Below are positions 12,997 through 27,109 of a stretch of DNA of 64,000 bases, piece by piece. The notes beneath the pieces are model-generated. The model ran no database searches. It had not been told where the DNA came from and was given only the letters and a program-made list of their open reading frames with translations. Made by a program: the position numbers and the translations under genes. The stretch spans positions 186,001 through 250,000 of the forward strand of contig CAVNZM010000017.1 in NCBI GenBank assembly GCA_963693365.1, read 5' to 3'. Positions within the stretch are counted from its first letter, which is position 1, and each line of letters begins with the position of its first letter. This DNA is from Amoebidium appalachense (taxonomy: Eukaryota; Protista; Ichthyosporea).

Positions 12997-13688
12997 TGTG
13001 ACTGTGTGTCACAACGGTTTGTGTCCGCACGCGCGGACTCGTGTACATGTACATGTGTGCGTGCACGCGGGGGGGAGAGGGGGGGGGGGGGGGGGGGGGA
13101 GGGGGGGGGGGGGAGGGGAGGGGGAGGGGGAGGGGGGGGGGGGGGAGGACATGAGCGATTCATGGGGAACTGCACTTTATTGAACGGATCCCTCCGGCCA
13201 ATCCGGCAACACAACATGTGCCCTACATAATTGCATGGACACTGTGATGTACATCTTGATACACATGAAGTAGTCAACTACCGTAGCGTACCCGGGCACA
13301 CTGATCAGATAACTGCACACAACACACCCGAGACCATGCAAACCAGACCGCACACACACACACCAAAAAAAAAAAAAGAAGAAGAAAAAGAAGACCCTAA
13401 ACAAATCATAATAATATGCCCGAGTCGGACATGCATGACATCAGAGATTCTTGATTCTAATGAAGAGGAGGGAGGTAGTAGAAACTTGGGGGGGCCCGGC
13501 GGGGGAGGTGGGGGGGGGGGGGGGGGGGGTCTTGTGCTTTCGTACGTTTATGACGTGGCGTGTGTACGTGCGCATGTGCATGTGTGAATGTGTGTGTCAT
13601 GGTTGGCCATTGAACCAAACTGTGTGCGTGTGTGGGCGCAAGCCTGTGCCATATATAGTATGGATGTGTGAGTGTGCTCGTTTTAGAC

Positions 13689-13742
<54 letters not shown>

Positions 13743-14134
13743 CTGTGTGTTTGTGTATGTGTGTGTTCAGGTGGGTGTGTATGTGTGCGTGTGCGTCTAT
13801 ATGAATTATGTAGATATACAGGTCTCACGAGACCACCCATAGACACAGAATCTTACCAAGGCCACAATACAAAGCAAGCCTTCAAGCAAAAACAGGGGAA
13901 AGAGTATGTGTCATTGGGCGCCGCAGTGAGCGGCCTGGGGAGGAGAGGAGGAGGGGGGGGGGGGGGGGGGGGGGAGAGGCTAGTCAATAAGGACATGAGC
14001 GAGTGGGAGGGTGGGGGCAGGAGAGGACCGGGTAGAAACGGAATCTTCATGGCGACAGTGAAGGGTAGCAGGGAGTGCTGACAAGCACACACCCACGGCA
14101 GCATGTGTGTTTCTTTGGGGGATCAAACAAGAGT

Positions 14135-14145
14135 GTGTGCTGCCC

Positions 14146-14177
<32 letters not shown>

Positions 14178-14220
14178 TGCCCGTATGTGTGTGTGTGTGC
14201 GTGCATTGCCCGTATATGTG

Positions 14221-14301
<81 letters not shown>

Positions 14302-14404
14302 TTGAGTGTGTGTGTGTGTGTTGCCTGTACTTCCTTGCACGTATCTGTGTGTGTGTGTGTGTGTTGCCCGTGTGTGTGTGTGTGTGTGTCTGTGTGTGTG
14401 TTGC

Positions 14405-14442
<38 letters not shown>

Positions 14443-14547
14443 TTGAGTGTGTGTGTGTGTGTTGCCTGTACTTCCTTGCACGTATCTGTGTGTGTGTGTG
14501 TGTGTTGCCCGTGTGTGTGTGTGTGTGTGTGTCTGTGTGTGTGTTGC

Positions 14548-14634
<87 letters not shown>

Positions 14635-14640
14635 GCCCGC
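14135..14640. repeat. Compound (GT)n minisatellite with recurring TTGCCCG and a duplicated ~120-bp unit
   Basis: Repeated GTGTTGCCCG motifs and two copies of TATTTGAG..TTGCCTGTACTTCCTTGCACGTATCT. Confidence 0.8.
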
Positions 14641-14782
14641 ACAGCAAGTAATCCACAACCACGACCGGGATGAGCGTGGAGAATGGCCCCATAGAAAAGA
14701 GAGAAGCAGGGAAGCAAGGGAGCACCAGGGTGCAAGGCTGTGTGGTCGAATGGATGGGGTTAAGATAAGGGCCAGACACACG

Positions 14783-14818
<36 letters not shown>

Positions 14819-15392
14819 GGGGGAAGAAGAAAGAGAAGGGGGAGGGAAACCCTAAGGTGTGTGTGTGTGTGTGTGTGTGAGGATAGGGTGAGTGGGGAGG
14901 GAGGGGAGAGAGGGGGGGTTTAGGGGAGAAAGGAGAGAGAGGAGAGAGGGAGGGAGGGAGGGAGGGAGGGAGGGAGGGAGGGAGGGAGGGAGTGGGGGGG
15001 GAGGGAGGGAGGGAGGGAGGGAGGGAGGGAGGGAGGGAGGGAGGGAGGGAGGGAGGGAAGGAGGGAAAGAAAGAGGGAGGGAAAGTGAGAGAGAGACAGC
15101 GAGAGAGGACAAAAGAGGGGGGGGGGGGGGGAGAGACGGAGGGAGAGAAAGAGAGAGAGAGAAAGACAGAAAGAGAGGGGAGGAAGAGAAAGAGAGGGCA
15201 GGAGAGGGGGGGAGAGAGAGAGAGAGAGAGAGAGAGAGGTGGAGGGGGGAGAGAGAGAAAGAGACACAGAAAGAGAAAGAGTGGGCCTCGGGGGAGGGGT
15301 AAGAGGGAGAGAGAGAGATAAGAGAGAGAAAGAGGAGAGAGAGAGAGAGAGAGAAAGGGGGGGGGGGGGGGGGGAGGGGGAGGGAGGGAGGG

Positions 15393-15469
<77 letters not shown>

Positions 15470-15616
15470 GGGGGGGGGGGGTGGAAAGAGGGGAAGCTTG
15501 TATGTAAGTGCCGCATTGGTGTGCTTGCCATGTATGCTGGATGTGGTTGTCGTTTTATCCATGTGTGCCGTGTGGGTTGTCACAAAGTCCGGGGGAGAGA
15601 GGGGAGGGGGGGGGGG

Positions 15617-15750
15617 TAGTATGAGGAACACGGTGCTAAGTACAAGTACAAGTGCACAACCAGCAACACGGTGCAGGACCCAGGTAACATTCAAGTACGC
15701 AACATAAGCAATGTGTAGTATGAAACGCTTATGCAGAACAATCAATCCAC
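15617..15750 (-). mobile_element. Family A retroposon-like repeat, diverged 3' fragment
   Basis: The reverse complement (..ATGTTGCGTACTTGAATGTT..GTCCTGCACCGTG..GTACTTAGCACCGTGTTCCTCATACTAC + C run) aligns to the 3' part of the 34543-34825 copy. Confidence 0.55.
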
Positions 15751-16918
15751 GGGGGGGGGGGGGGGGGGGGAAAGGGGCCTTGATTGGGTGGAGGGGAGCG
15801 CGGCGGAAGAGCCGGGGGGGGGGGGGGGGGGGGGGGGAGGGATGAGTTTATAGGACGACTATCTGATAAGCATAAACATCGTAGGCAACAAAAACATGGT
15901 TTACAAATCTTTCGGGTTTTTATCGGTTCTTTGGCCATGCACCAGGTTTGCTTGTAGACCGCAATTGGACTTACCTTGTAACCATATAGTCGTTCTGGTC
16001 GCCATAGAAAGCTTTGCACAAACGGGAGATTGGAGACTGGTCTCTTTCCAGGCATTAGTCCTATGCTATTCTAAAAGCAACTAATGTTAGGAGCCTTTCG
16101 CTGAAAGATTTGATCGGCTTGGAGGGGAACACGGCCATTTGGGGCGAGGGGTTCAAGTTCACGTACGTGCACTACTTCTGTCTGTAACTCGGCCGTGGTG
16201 ACCTATGATCCCTGGGTATATTTTGCGAGGGCAGTTGGCGGAAAGGGAAAGAAGAGGGAGGTAAGGAAGGGACATCCCTCCGTTGCCTCCCCCTTCCACT
16301 ACTTCCCCCCTCCACTACCTCCCCCTTCACATTACCCCCGCCCCCCTCCCCTCCCATTCCTCCCCCCTTCCTCCCCCGCCGCCCTGAAGGTGAATGGAGC
16401 AGTTAGTCTAACACGCGTATACTCAAAATAACGTATCATGTAACAACTTCAATTAAATGTAAATACGTCACAATACGGCGATAAAGACCAAAAACCATGC
16501 CAGGCACCGTGACCGGCAACACGCCCTCTTGTGCTTCAACCGGAGAAAGGAGAGGGAGAGAGAGAACAGAAGGCTTGTAGATGCAGATGCTTTTTGTAAC
16601 TTCTTAGCTGCAAGTACAAGAGTTGGAAAAACCTAGTGCTCTTCTTCCCCTAATTTTCTTCTGGTGCGAGTTTTAGTGGTGTAACTTTAAAGCCGACAGC
16701 AAAATCACTCCTGCGGGAAACGGTAGCTTGGAGTGTCCCTTCTCACCCTAACAGAGCTCCCAGAGCGCAGCATCCTCAGTGAATGAACACAGGCGCTCGT
16801 TCTCTATTACGCTTACACCAAGACCTAAGCATACGACAACCATTCTTTCTAATCTCTTTACCTCCTTATTTTATTTACCTCTCACACACCCTTCGTAGTT
16901 CCAACTACCACCGAAAAC

Positions 16919-17278
16919 ATGTCTCGTCGTCTTCTCTTCGACATCTGGAAGAAATACCCGTCGACAGCGGGCACAGTCGACATCAGATCCCTTGGTCATC
17001 TTACAAACATCGACAAGGACATTCTGAAAGCAGTTGAAAGGTTTGAGTCCGTTAACGCTGTGAGTGCCTACCGGCAACAAGCACTCCTCTCGACCCCTCT
17101 CAGACAGCAAGACAGGTTTCAGAGGGTTCTTTTTCCCGAGGATTATTTGGAAGAGAGGACAACGGGGTTCGGGATTTTTAAGTTGCTGACCAAGAAGCAG
17201 GCGAAGTTGAAGGCGTATGCGGCCTTTCAGGACACCAAGAAGGCAAAGAAGAACATGCAGCAGAAAAAGAAGAAGTAG
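16919..17278 (+). CDS. Intronless small basic protein (119 aa), possibly mitochondrial or ribosomal
   Basis: Non-repetitive ORF with AAAACATG start context, Arg-rich N-terminus and Lys-rich C-terminus (KKAKKNMQQKKKK). A possible 5'UTR intron acceptor (CTTCGTAG) lies just upstream. Family not recognised. Confidence 0.65.
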   Translation: MSRRLLFDIWKKYPSTAGTVDIRSLGHLTNIDKDILKAVERFESVNAVSAYRQQALLSTPLRQQDRFQRVLFPEDYLEERTTGFGIFKLLTKKQAKLKAYAAFQDTKKAKKNMQQKKKK

Positions 17279-17920
17279 GTGTGTGCTGGTTAGATGATGT
17301 TGAGTGTTTGGGGGGCTTCTGTGTGGTATCGTCGTCAAGTAACCGATGCAAGAACCTTGTCGGCCGTGGGTGTTTTGTCAAGCAAGTCCATATGTGTGTT
17401 CGAGTATTTTGCCAAACGGTGTATTTCTCCCGGCGGAGTTACGTGCTTCACTCTGTAACACCCACGACGGGCTGTTGGGTTATTATTCTTAGGCAAGATT
17501 TCCTACTTGGAGGCAAGTTCGTTTTTTGGAGCTAGGCATCGAAGGCAGGTACTTCGGTTAGTAAAAAATGAAAACGTTGAGTCTTGCCCATTTTTCATCT
17601 CGTTTGCATGTTCCAGGGTAACCCCAACACTACCAGCACTACCACCATCCCCGTCTCCTAGTCCTGCTCTGTTCTTTCTTCTTCTCCCTCCATCTCTCCC
17701 CCTTTTTTTGCCTGTCACCACCCCCCTGTGGCTCTTCCTCTCACCCCACTTCCCGACCTCCCTCCCTGTTATATTTCCCCCCCCCCCCACCACCCCCTCT
17801 CCCCATCCCTCCCTCCCTCCCTCTCTCCCTCCCTCCCTCCTTCTCTCCCTCCCCTCCCTCCCCTCTCTCCCTCTCTCGCTCCCTTCCTCCCTCCCTCCCT
17901 TTTCTTTCCCCCCCCCCCTC

Positions 17921-18000
<80 letters not shown>

Positions 18001-18269
18001 CCCCCCCCCCCCCTCTCTCTCTCTCTCTTTCTCTCCCTCCGTCCCTCCCTGCCTCCCTCCCTCCCTCCCCTCCCTCCCTCTTTACCCCTCCCTTTTTTTT
18101 TCTCCCACCATCCGTTATCTCTCCCCCCCCCCCTCCCCCCTCCCTTCCCCCCCCCCCCCCCCCAAACACGCACACACGCGTGCGCGTGCGCGCGCGCGCA
18201 CACACACACACACACACATATTTCTGTTACACCACAACCCACTCACCCTTTGAGCTACTTCTTTCGTCC

Positions 18270-18341
<72 letters not shown>

Positions 18342-18411
18342 ACCCCCACCCCCACCCCGCCCACCCACCCACCCACCCACCACCACCAACCCCCCCCCCC
18401 CCCCCCCCCCC

Positions 18412-18519
18412 CTGAGGATGGGCTCTGCTTATTATGCATACTCTTTATGTATGGCTTGCATTCTGCATCGTGTTATCCGTTTGTTCTTGTGTACTTCGTA
18501 CTTTTTGACGCATTCAAAC
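18412..18519 (+). mobile_element. Family A retroposon-like repeat, 3' fragment embedded in poly-C
   Basis: CTGAGGATGGGCTCTGC...TTTTGACGCATTCAAAC, apparently identical to 25043-25150, with C runs on both sides. Confidence 0.8.
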
Positions 18520-19611
18520 CCCCCCCCCCTCCCCCGCCCCTTATCCCCCCCCTCCCCCACCCACCCACCACCACCACTATTGTGTGGTCTGGTGTTTCCA
18601 CGTCATGTTTTGCTGCACTGTCCAGGTTCGTACATAATTGCATCCACACAAGATTTATGCTCATTTCTGGTGCACTCTCCGACCGTCCATTTATAGGGTT
18701 TGGGGTGTCAGATCCATACTCTCCTCCTCACACACATACATACACGCACACAACGTGATGCATACTTGCACACACACACTGTAGTACAGACACGTAAAAC
18801 ACACACACACACACACACATAGAGTGAGAGAGAGAGAGAGAGAGAGGCCACACACACACCTACACACACACACACGTAACACACACACCCACACACACAG
18901 ACAGAGAGAGAGAGAGAGAGAAAGAGAGAGGCGAGAGACCGCACACATACACAACCACCACCACCAACACCACTCCCTCTTCTTGTACTTCCCACTCCCC
19001 CCCCCCCCCCCCTCCCCCCCCCCCCCCCCTTCCCCCTTCCCCTTTTCAATAAAGGTTTGAATTCGGGCTTTTTTATCTTATGACTTTTTGTCTTGTCTTT
19101 CGATGTCTCCTCCATGTTTCTAACCCTATAATGCATACTCCCCCCCCCCCCCCCCCCCCCCCCCACACACACACACCCCACCACGACCACAGTTACTGTA
19201 AAGCGAGCACTGCCGATCTCCATTTAAACACAGGTGTTTGATTTCATTTGTAAAAAAAAACATGGACCGCATATATCGTAATTTTATCCGATCACTCTTA
19301 ACAACCCTTCCCTCCCACCACCACCACCAGTTGCATCAAACCGGCGGTAGGGCAGGGCGGGCCCCCAGGGGGCCGCGAGAGGGAGGGGGGGGGGGGGGGG
19401 GGGGGGATCTCTGTCCCAAAATCATTATCCGTTCCCTTCCTTCTCAAAGCTGCCTTTGAAGTTCACCTTCCCGGGAAATCGAATCGGAAATCTAACTTCC
19501 CCATCGATCGTTTTATTCCTCTGCAACTCCGCTAGCGGGTTTTTGATAATTTTAGATTTGCAACTTAGAAGTTTCCCCCATTTCTTTCGCACGTGCAATG
19601 GGTGTGAGACT

Positions 19612-19666
<55 letters not shown>

Positions 19667-20012
19667 TCATACGGTGGTGTGCGCGTGTGAGTGTCACGAT
19701 GTAATCCCCCCCCCCCCCCCCCCTCGAGCTCCCCCCCCCCCCCCTCCCGAGCTCCCCCCCCCCCCCCCCCCCCCAAAAAGAAAAAAAAAATGAAGGAAAA
19801 AAAGCCATACATATGTGACACTGTGCACGTCGGCTAATTACTAAGTGTGTTGCTCTCTGAGCGACTAGCCGTTGCAAGCATATCCAATCATATCATATGT
19901 ATGCATACATGAAGCGAGAGGCACGTGCACCTCGAGCTCACACAGTTATATTTCATTGAATAAAACACACCACTACCGCACTGGACCATTGCAGTACATG
20001 TATGCATAAATA

Positions 20013-20051
<39 letters not shown>

Positions 20052-20149
20052 ACTGACGGCACATGCAAACACACATGCACCAGGTGCAAACAACACCAAC
20101 ATCCAACCCCCGCCGGGGGGAGGGGATGGGAAGGGGGAGGGGAGGGGTT

Positions 20150-20670
<521 letters not shown>

Positions 20671-20796
20671 GGGAGGGCGCACTGAGAGAGAGGTGAGCGA
20701 TGGAGATCTACATGCCCCGTCGCTCAGTGACGCTCACTTTCTGGCAGATTAACAGGTAAATACGTTTTTATATTCTCCCGTAGGCTACTAGGATTC

Positions 20797-20839
<43 letters not shown>

Positions 20840-21843
20840 AGGCTCCCCCCCCCCCTCTCCCCCCCCCCCCCCCCTCCCCCCCCGCACACAAAATATTAAA
20901 TACCCTGAGAACTCCAAATTCCTACCCTGTCCTCAGGGTGTTTTCATTGGTAGCCCGAACCAGCTGAAAAAGGAAATTGTTGAGATGACAGAAACTAAAA
21001 TACATGCATTTATTTGCGGCTGATCGTTGGAAAAAAAAAAGATGAATTTCAAGCATAACTATTCTAGATTGATAAAAAGTAATGTTTGTTGTTTTATGTT
21101 AATGCAAACCCGTATTCTGCTTTAAAAATGTCTTGAAAAGCTCACAAAGTTCTCAGCTGACAAGTGGCTCACCATTTACCCTCCTCTTGCTAATGACCGT
21201 ACTGTGACGTGATTTTTCGCGCTCAAATCTATTTCATTGGCCAGACGTTGCTGCGTCCAATACCTTACCAAATCCTTATCGTAAGCATCAGTTCAGGATC
21301 CAATCAAAACGCCCAATGCGAGACCCTATATGGCGTTCACGTGCAATAACACCACCCGTGTGAACATACGGTCCAGCGGAAAGTTGTTCCTGTTTTTTTT
21401 ACTGAAGTTTGGCAGAAAGCCTCAACACAATTACGAAACTTCTGTATCCTTTTTCACTAGTTGTTGTCTGTTGTCTAGTTTTTGACAGTCATATCCAGGC
21501 TGACGTGTGTATGTGTCAATGTACACACGCCTATACAGGGCCTTGACGCGTGGAAGCCGAGACAGGCTTTCTTGGGGTTGATAGTGACAGATAGGACACG
21601 CACATACGAACACGTACACGCAGACACGCGCGTGCTTACAAGCACGAACTGTTACCATACGCACGCACATCCACGCATGCGCACGGGACTGCCTGAGGCT
21701 CGGAACCTACGTGGACACACACCCGTTTTTTCAATCAAGCATACGATCTCAACTCAAGGCCCATCTCAGTACAAGATTGGCCATTCCTCTTGGCAACACA
21801 AATCTTTTCTCTTTATCCTAGTGCTGTTGTGCAGGTAGCAAAC

Positions 21844-22357
21844 ATGAGTGCCGCACAGGTATCGCAGTTGACATGTGCATGTGCACAGATGGTTCTCTCA
21901 AAACCATCCACATTCAGATTAGAGATCGAGAAGCCAGTAGACACACAACACATTCCATCGGACGACCCGGATCTTGCATGGAACATACTATCGAAAACGA
22001 CGGTGGTAAAAGAACTGCCCGTGCCAGATCCACACACACCCCAGCCACCAGACACTATTCGATTGGTGTGCATCTCAGACACACATGGCTTTGTAGATAA
22101 AATATATATACCGCCTGGGGACATACTCATTCACGCTGGCGACTTTACAAACACTGGGCACCCATCGGATGTCGAAAAGTTCGATGCTTGGATGGCCTCA
22201 CTACCACACGTAAGTGCCCGCTTGTCGTTGTTTGTGTGTGTGTCTGTGTGTGTGTGTTTGTGTGTGTGCGCATGTGCGCGCGTTCTTTTTTTTTTTTTTT
22301 GGGTGTAGGGATGGGGAGCTGGGGGGAGGTGCTCGAGTGTATGCACTTGGGTGGCAA

Positions 22358-22394
<37 letters not shown>

Positions 22395-22972
22395 AAAAGG
22401 TGGGGTGCTTGTGCACTTATATATGTACATGCTCTGTGCACCTGCAGCATCGGTGCTAGAAAAAAGAGGGGGGGGGGGGGTGGGGGGGTAAAAGGGTGGG
22501 GTGCTTGTGCACTTATATATGTACATGCTCTGTGCACCTGCAGCATCGGTGCTAGAAAAAGAGGGGAGGGGGGGGGGGGGGGGTGTTAAAAGGGTGGGAT
22601 GCTTGTGCACTTATATATGTACATGCTCTGTGCACCTGCAGCATCGGTGCTAGAAAAAAAGAAGGGGGGGGGGGGGGGGGGGGGGGAGGAGGGGAGGGGT
22701 GAGGGGTACCGGCCCGTTCTTTCACAGCTGATCATTCTATTTTGTCTTTACACAACCAACGACATCCTTTTCTTCATTTTTCCATTTAGTGGAGTCCCAG
22801 TAACACGGAGATCCACCCGTGCGCTGGTCGTTAATTTTCATTTTGGCTATTGTTATTCTTTTCGGTCATTACGCGAACTACTGCTGGGCTTGTGACTTGG
22901 ATCGTGTGTGTGTGTAGGTGGGTGAGGGGAGAGAGGGGGAGTTTCGGGGTTTCATGCAAGGGATGTTGAGCT

Positions 22973-23003
<31 letters not shown>

Positions 23004-23117
23004 GTATGTTTTACCTTTTATTTTGGTATGGACAGCGCGCAAAACCATAACCCTATTTCAAAGATGGTCAGTGGAAAATGGGATTTTTGAGCAATGAAAA
23101 AGCAACACAAAACTGAA

Positions 23118-23181
<64 letters not shown>

Positions 23182-23694
23182 ACTCACACACTCACACACA
23201 CACACACTGAGCACTGCAGAGCGGGAACGCCTCGCCCATACGAACCTTGTGGTTCGTTGCACGTTGTTTGAGAAGTGTTATGGTCGTGTGATTAGGGGAA
23301 ACGATGCACGGTAGGAGAATAATGGAAACACATATATGTATTGTGATTGCAGCCTTGATTTTGTCAAGCGAACAAGTTTATGCATGCATTTTTTTTTCTT
23401 GAGCTTACTGGTGTGAATGGGGAGCAGAAACACAAGCTGGTGATAGCTGGCAACCACGACCTGACGTTTGATGAGGACGCATACCCCATGCTCTGGGACA
23501 GGTTCCACAAGGTGTGTGTGCTAGGCATATGTGGACATGGTGTGTTTGTGCTTGTCTTGTGTTTCTAGTTGCTGGACTCTAAGTGTGAAACAAAGAAAGA
23601 AAGATGCAGAATGTGTGTGTATGTGTGTCTTTATTTTTGTTTATTATTATTATTTATTATTCTTATTATTTTGGAGGTGTGTGTGCGTGTGCGT

Positions 23695-23725
<31 letters not shown>

Positions 23726-24149
23726 GGGGGGGAGGCAGGATAGTGAGAGGAAAGTATGGTGCTCTACAACAACTGTAAAACCGCTATCACGTTTGATTAG
23801 CCAACAGACATGCAGCAAGGAAAGCATTACCTTATCCATAACAGAACAAAATAAGTGACCCGTGGGAGTTCAGCAGTGAGCACACCACCACCTGAAGGCA
23901 TTGCTGCACACATTCAGGATTGGTTGTTTCCGAAATAGCCGACCATAGCCGAAATAGCAGATGGTCGCTATGTGTAGACCACCATAAAACCGTAAAAGGC
24001 AACTATTCCGACAATCTGATTGGGTGGTGCAGCGCTGCTTTGACTTCCGCAAGACCAGGGCGCTGCTGAAGAACTGCACGTACCTCGAGGACTCGGGGGT
24101 GACCATCCAGGGCTACAAATTCTGGGGCAGTCCCTGGCAGGTGCGTGTA

Positions 24150-24184
<35 letters not shown>

Positions 24185-25866
24185 CTGTATGTTTTGTTTT
24201 TTTGGTTTTTTTTTTTTTTTGGGGGGGGGGGGGGGGGGATTTAAAGTTTTCAGCACCCCGGCTCTGCTTATTATGCATACTCTTTATGTATGGCTTGCAT
24301 TCTGCATCGTGTTATCGTTTGTTCTTGTGTACTTCGTACTTTTTGACGCATTCAAACCTTGCACATACCGGTGTCTACTTTTCTTCTTACTGTTTTTCTC
24401 TCCACACACTTCATCTGTCCACTTCTGCATACCCCCTTTCATAGCTATAGACACACTTCACACATTGCGTTACGCGCACGCATGCACACACCGCTCTGTT
24501 GGCGACAGCTCCCTTGGAACCCATGCGGCATGTTACCCGCCGGCGTAACATAACTCGGACTATCGGTTTGGCTTTTTTCAAGCCCAAAGCAATGGGTGAT
24601 ACCATATTTCCGGCTGACATCCGGGGGCATAGCTTTCCGTTCGAAGACGATAAAGTTCCGCCCTAGTAAGCGTGTTACTACCCTGCGGCGTGGGTCAAAT
24701 CTCATATTTTCCCCTCTGATTACGAATTCTGCGGCCTTCGGGGCTTAATTCTTTTCAGCTGGTGTAGTATGTTAGCCAGGGAAGTATCGACTTAGGTATC
24801 GACGGGGGAGCTTCCTAGAAGCCCCGTCTCCTGAGTTCCTATCTATATTTTTCTTGCTTCTGCTTACTGCTGCAACTTTAACCCCCGGCCTTTCCCACTG
24901 CCCTTGCCTGCATAAGCAACCCTGCTCGTCTCTGATCAAGACGGGTGACCTACTCATGTTCAAGTGAAACAGTATCTGAGTTGGGTTTCGTTAACGAGGG
25001 GAATAGGTCGAAACTCGGGTACTGTGGATGACGTGGGCCCCCCTGAGGATGGGCTCTGCTTATTATGCATACTCTTTATGTATGGCTTGCATTCTGCATC
25101 GTGTTATCCGTTTGTTCTTGTGTACTTCGTACTTTTTGACGCATTCAAACCCCCCCCCCCCCCCCCCCCCCCCCTTCCTCCCCTCCCCCCCCCCCCCCTT
25201 CCAAGGGGAAGGGGGGGGGGGGGATGGAAGGTGTACGGGCCCGAAGTCCTCCGATTTTTGCGTTTTCTATTTTGATCTGCTTCGTTTGCTTCGTTGATTA
25301 ACTTTCCCTCCTTTAGTGTTCCCGTTATCACTATTTTTTAATTTTTGCGCTGTCGGCCGACATGCTTCTATACCATGGCCCATGTCTCCATTTCTGTTGC
25401 CCCTTCTTTTTTTTCTGTGTGCTGACAACTACACCAATCCACAGCCGGAGTTCTGCAACTGGGCGTTCAACCTTAAGCGGGGAAGGCACCTTAAGGACAA
25501 GGTGAATGTCCCCTCAATGCCCATATATGGCAAGTCTAGCAACCAGCATTGGGATAGCGGATGATTCTAGATGTCTCTAGAGCAATTTAAGATGATTGCC
25601 GGTTTGTCCTTCTGCTGACCATACGGAAGGTTGGAAAGCTCATACATGTCGATTCGATTAACCATTTATGGTAATGCAGATTCCTGCCCCGCTGCCAGAG
25701 GGCCAATTTGTTTTTGTTTACGTGTTGTGATTGGTGTGTTGACTTTTTGTGTGCCTGTGAATGCATTGTCTATTTCTGGACATACACTAACTATGTTTCA
25801 TGCCCGCAGTGGGATCTGATTCCGTCAGACACGGAAATTCTCATCACACACGGTAAGGACAACCCC

Positions 25867-25897
<31 letters not shown>

Positions 25898-26780
25898 AAA
25901 AAAAAAAAACGACGTGTGTTTTCTGTTGATGTCTTTTATACTTGAAAACAAACACGCAAATAAGTGGTGTTCATTTTTAGGAGGAGAGCATCTTAAAAAA
26001 AAAAAATCTCTTACCATATGCCATTCTCGTTATGCTCCACTGCACACCTCAACCTAAAGACGGTCCCATCCCCCTCTCCCCCCCCTCCTCCTCCTCCTCC
26101 TCCTCCCACCCCCCCCCTACCCACCCACCCACCAAAAATGACAAAAACAAAGCAATAACAAACAAACAAACAAACAAACAAACAAACAAACAAACAAGCA
26201 AAAGGAAACCAACCCAACCCACCGACCCACACACATCGCACACCGCCACCATTACTCAGCCACCCACCCACACACAAGCGCGCACACACGCACACACATA
26301 CGCACACGCACACGCACACGCACACCCACACCCACACACATACCCATGCCTCTCCTCCACCCTCATCCCCTTTTGTTTTCATCAATAACTCCCACCTCCT
26401 ATTCATACTTCCAACCCTCCCAGGGCCCCCGGTTGGGTTCCGAGACATGATCTACACAGCCAACAGGGTGGGGTGTGTGGACCTGCACATGGCCGTGCGC
26501 AACAGAATAAGACCCCTCTACAACATTTTTGGTATAGAAATCCCCCCCCTTGCCAATCAATATGGGGAATGCAGCAAGAAGAAGAGGGCGAAAAAAATGA
26601 TAGAGGGAAATTAAAAAGGAAAGGCGAAAAGAAAATGAGTGAAAAGAAAAGAGAGAAAGAACAGTGAAAAAATGGGGAAGAAATACGGACACGTACCAGC
26701 TTTCACCATTACCCCTTCCACCAACCCCCCTCGCGTTTTGCTAAGTGACAGCGGAATGCAGCTTCCTCTTTTTTTTTTTT

Positions 26781-26826
<46 letters not shown>

Positions 26827-26997
26827 GAAGAGGGACGTTATCGCTTCATAGATCAGGCCATTCTCACCACATTTTCTGTTCCTGCCCCTTGCCGGTCACA
26901 TTTGCTTCGATTTTTACCCCCAAGCAGTGGCTGGTTGTGTACGTGTGATGAGATTCGTAATCACTGACATTTCCGCCGCCCCACCACACACAAACAC

Positions 26998-27073
<76 letters not shown>

Positions 27074-27078
27074 GCACA

Positions 27079-27109
<31 letters not shown>

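Noticed and set aside
11454-16200. Possible minus-strand exons (GTAAG donors near 12204, 13856 and 15975)
   Set aside because: I could not assemble a coherent in-phase protein or recognise any motif.
22392-22662. Repeat-spacer-like array
   Set aside because: The spacers are just G runs and the units are ~75 bp; this is a simple tandem duplication.
24930-25060. Canonical hammerhead ribozyme (CTGAGGA and GAAAC both present)
   Set aside because: Stems I and II cannot be formed in any of the three topologies, and the cleavage triplet is not conserved in the 34.6-kb copy.
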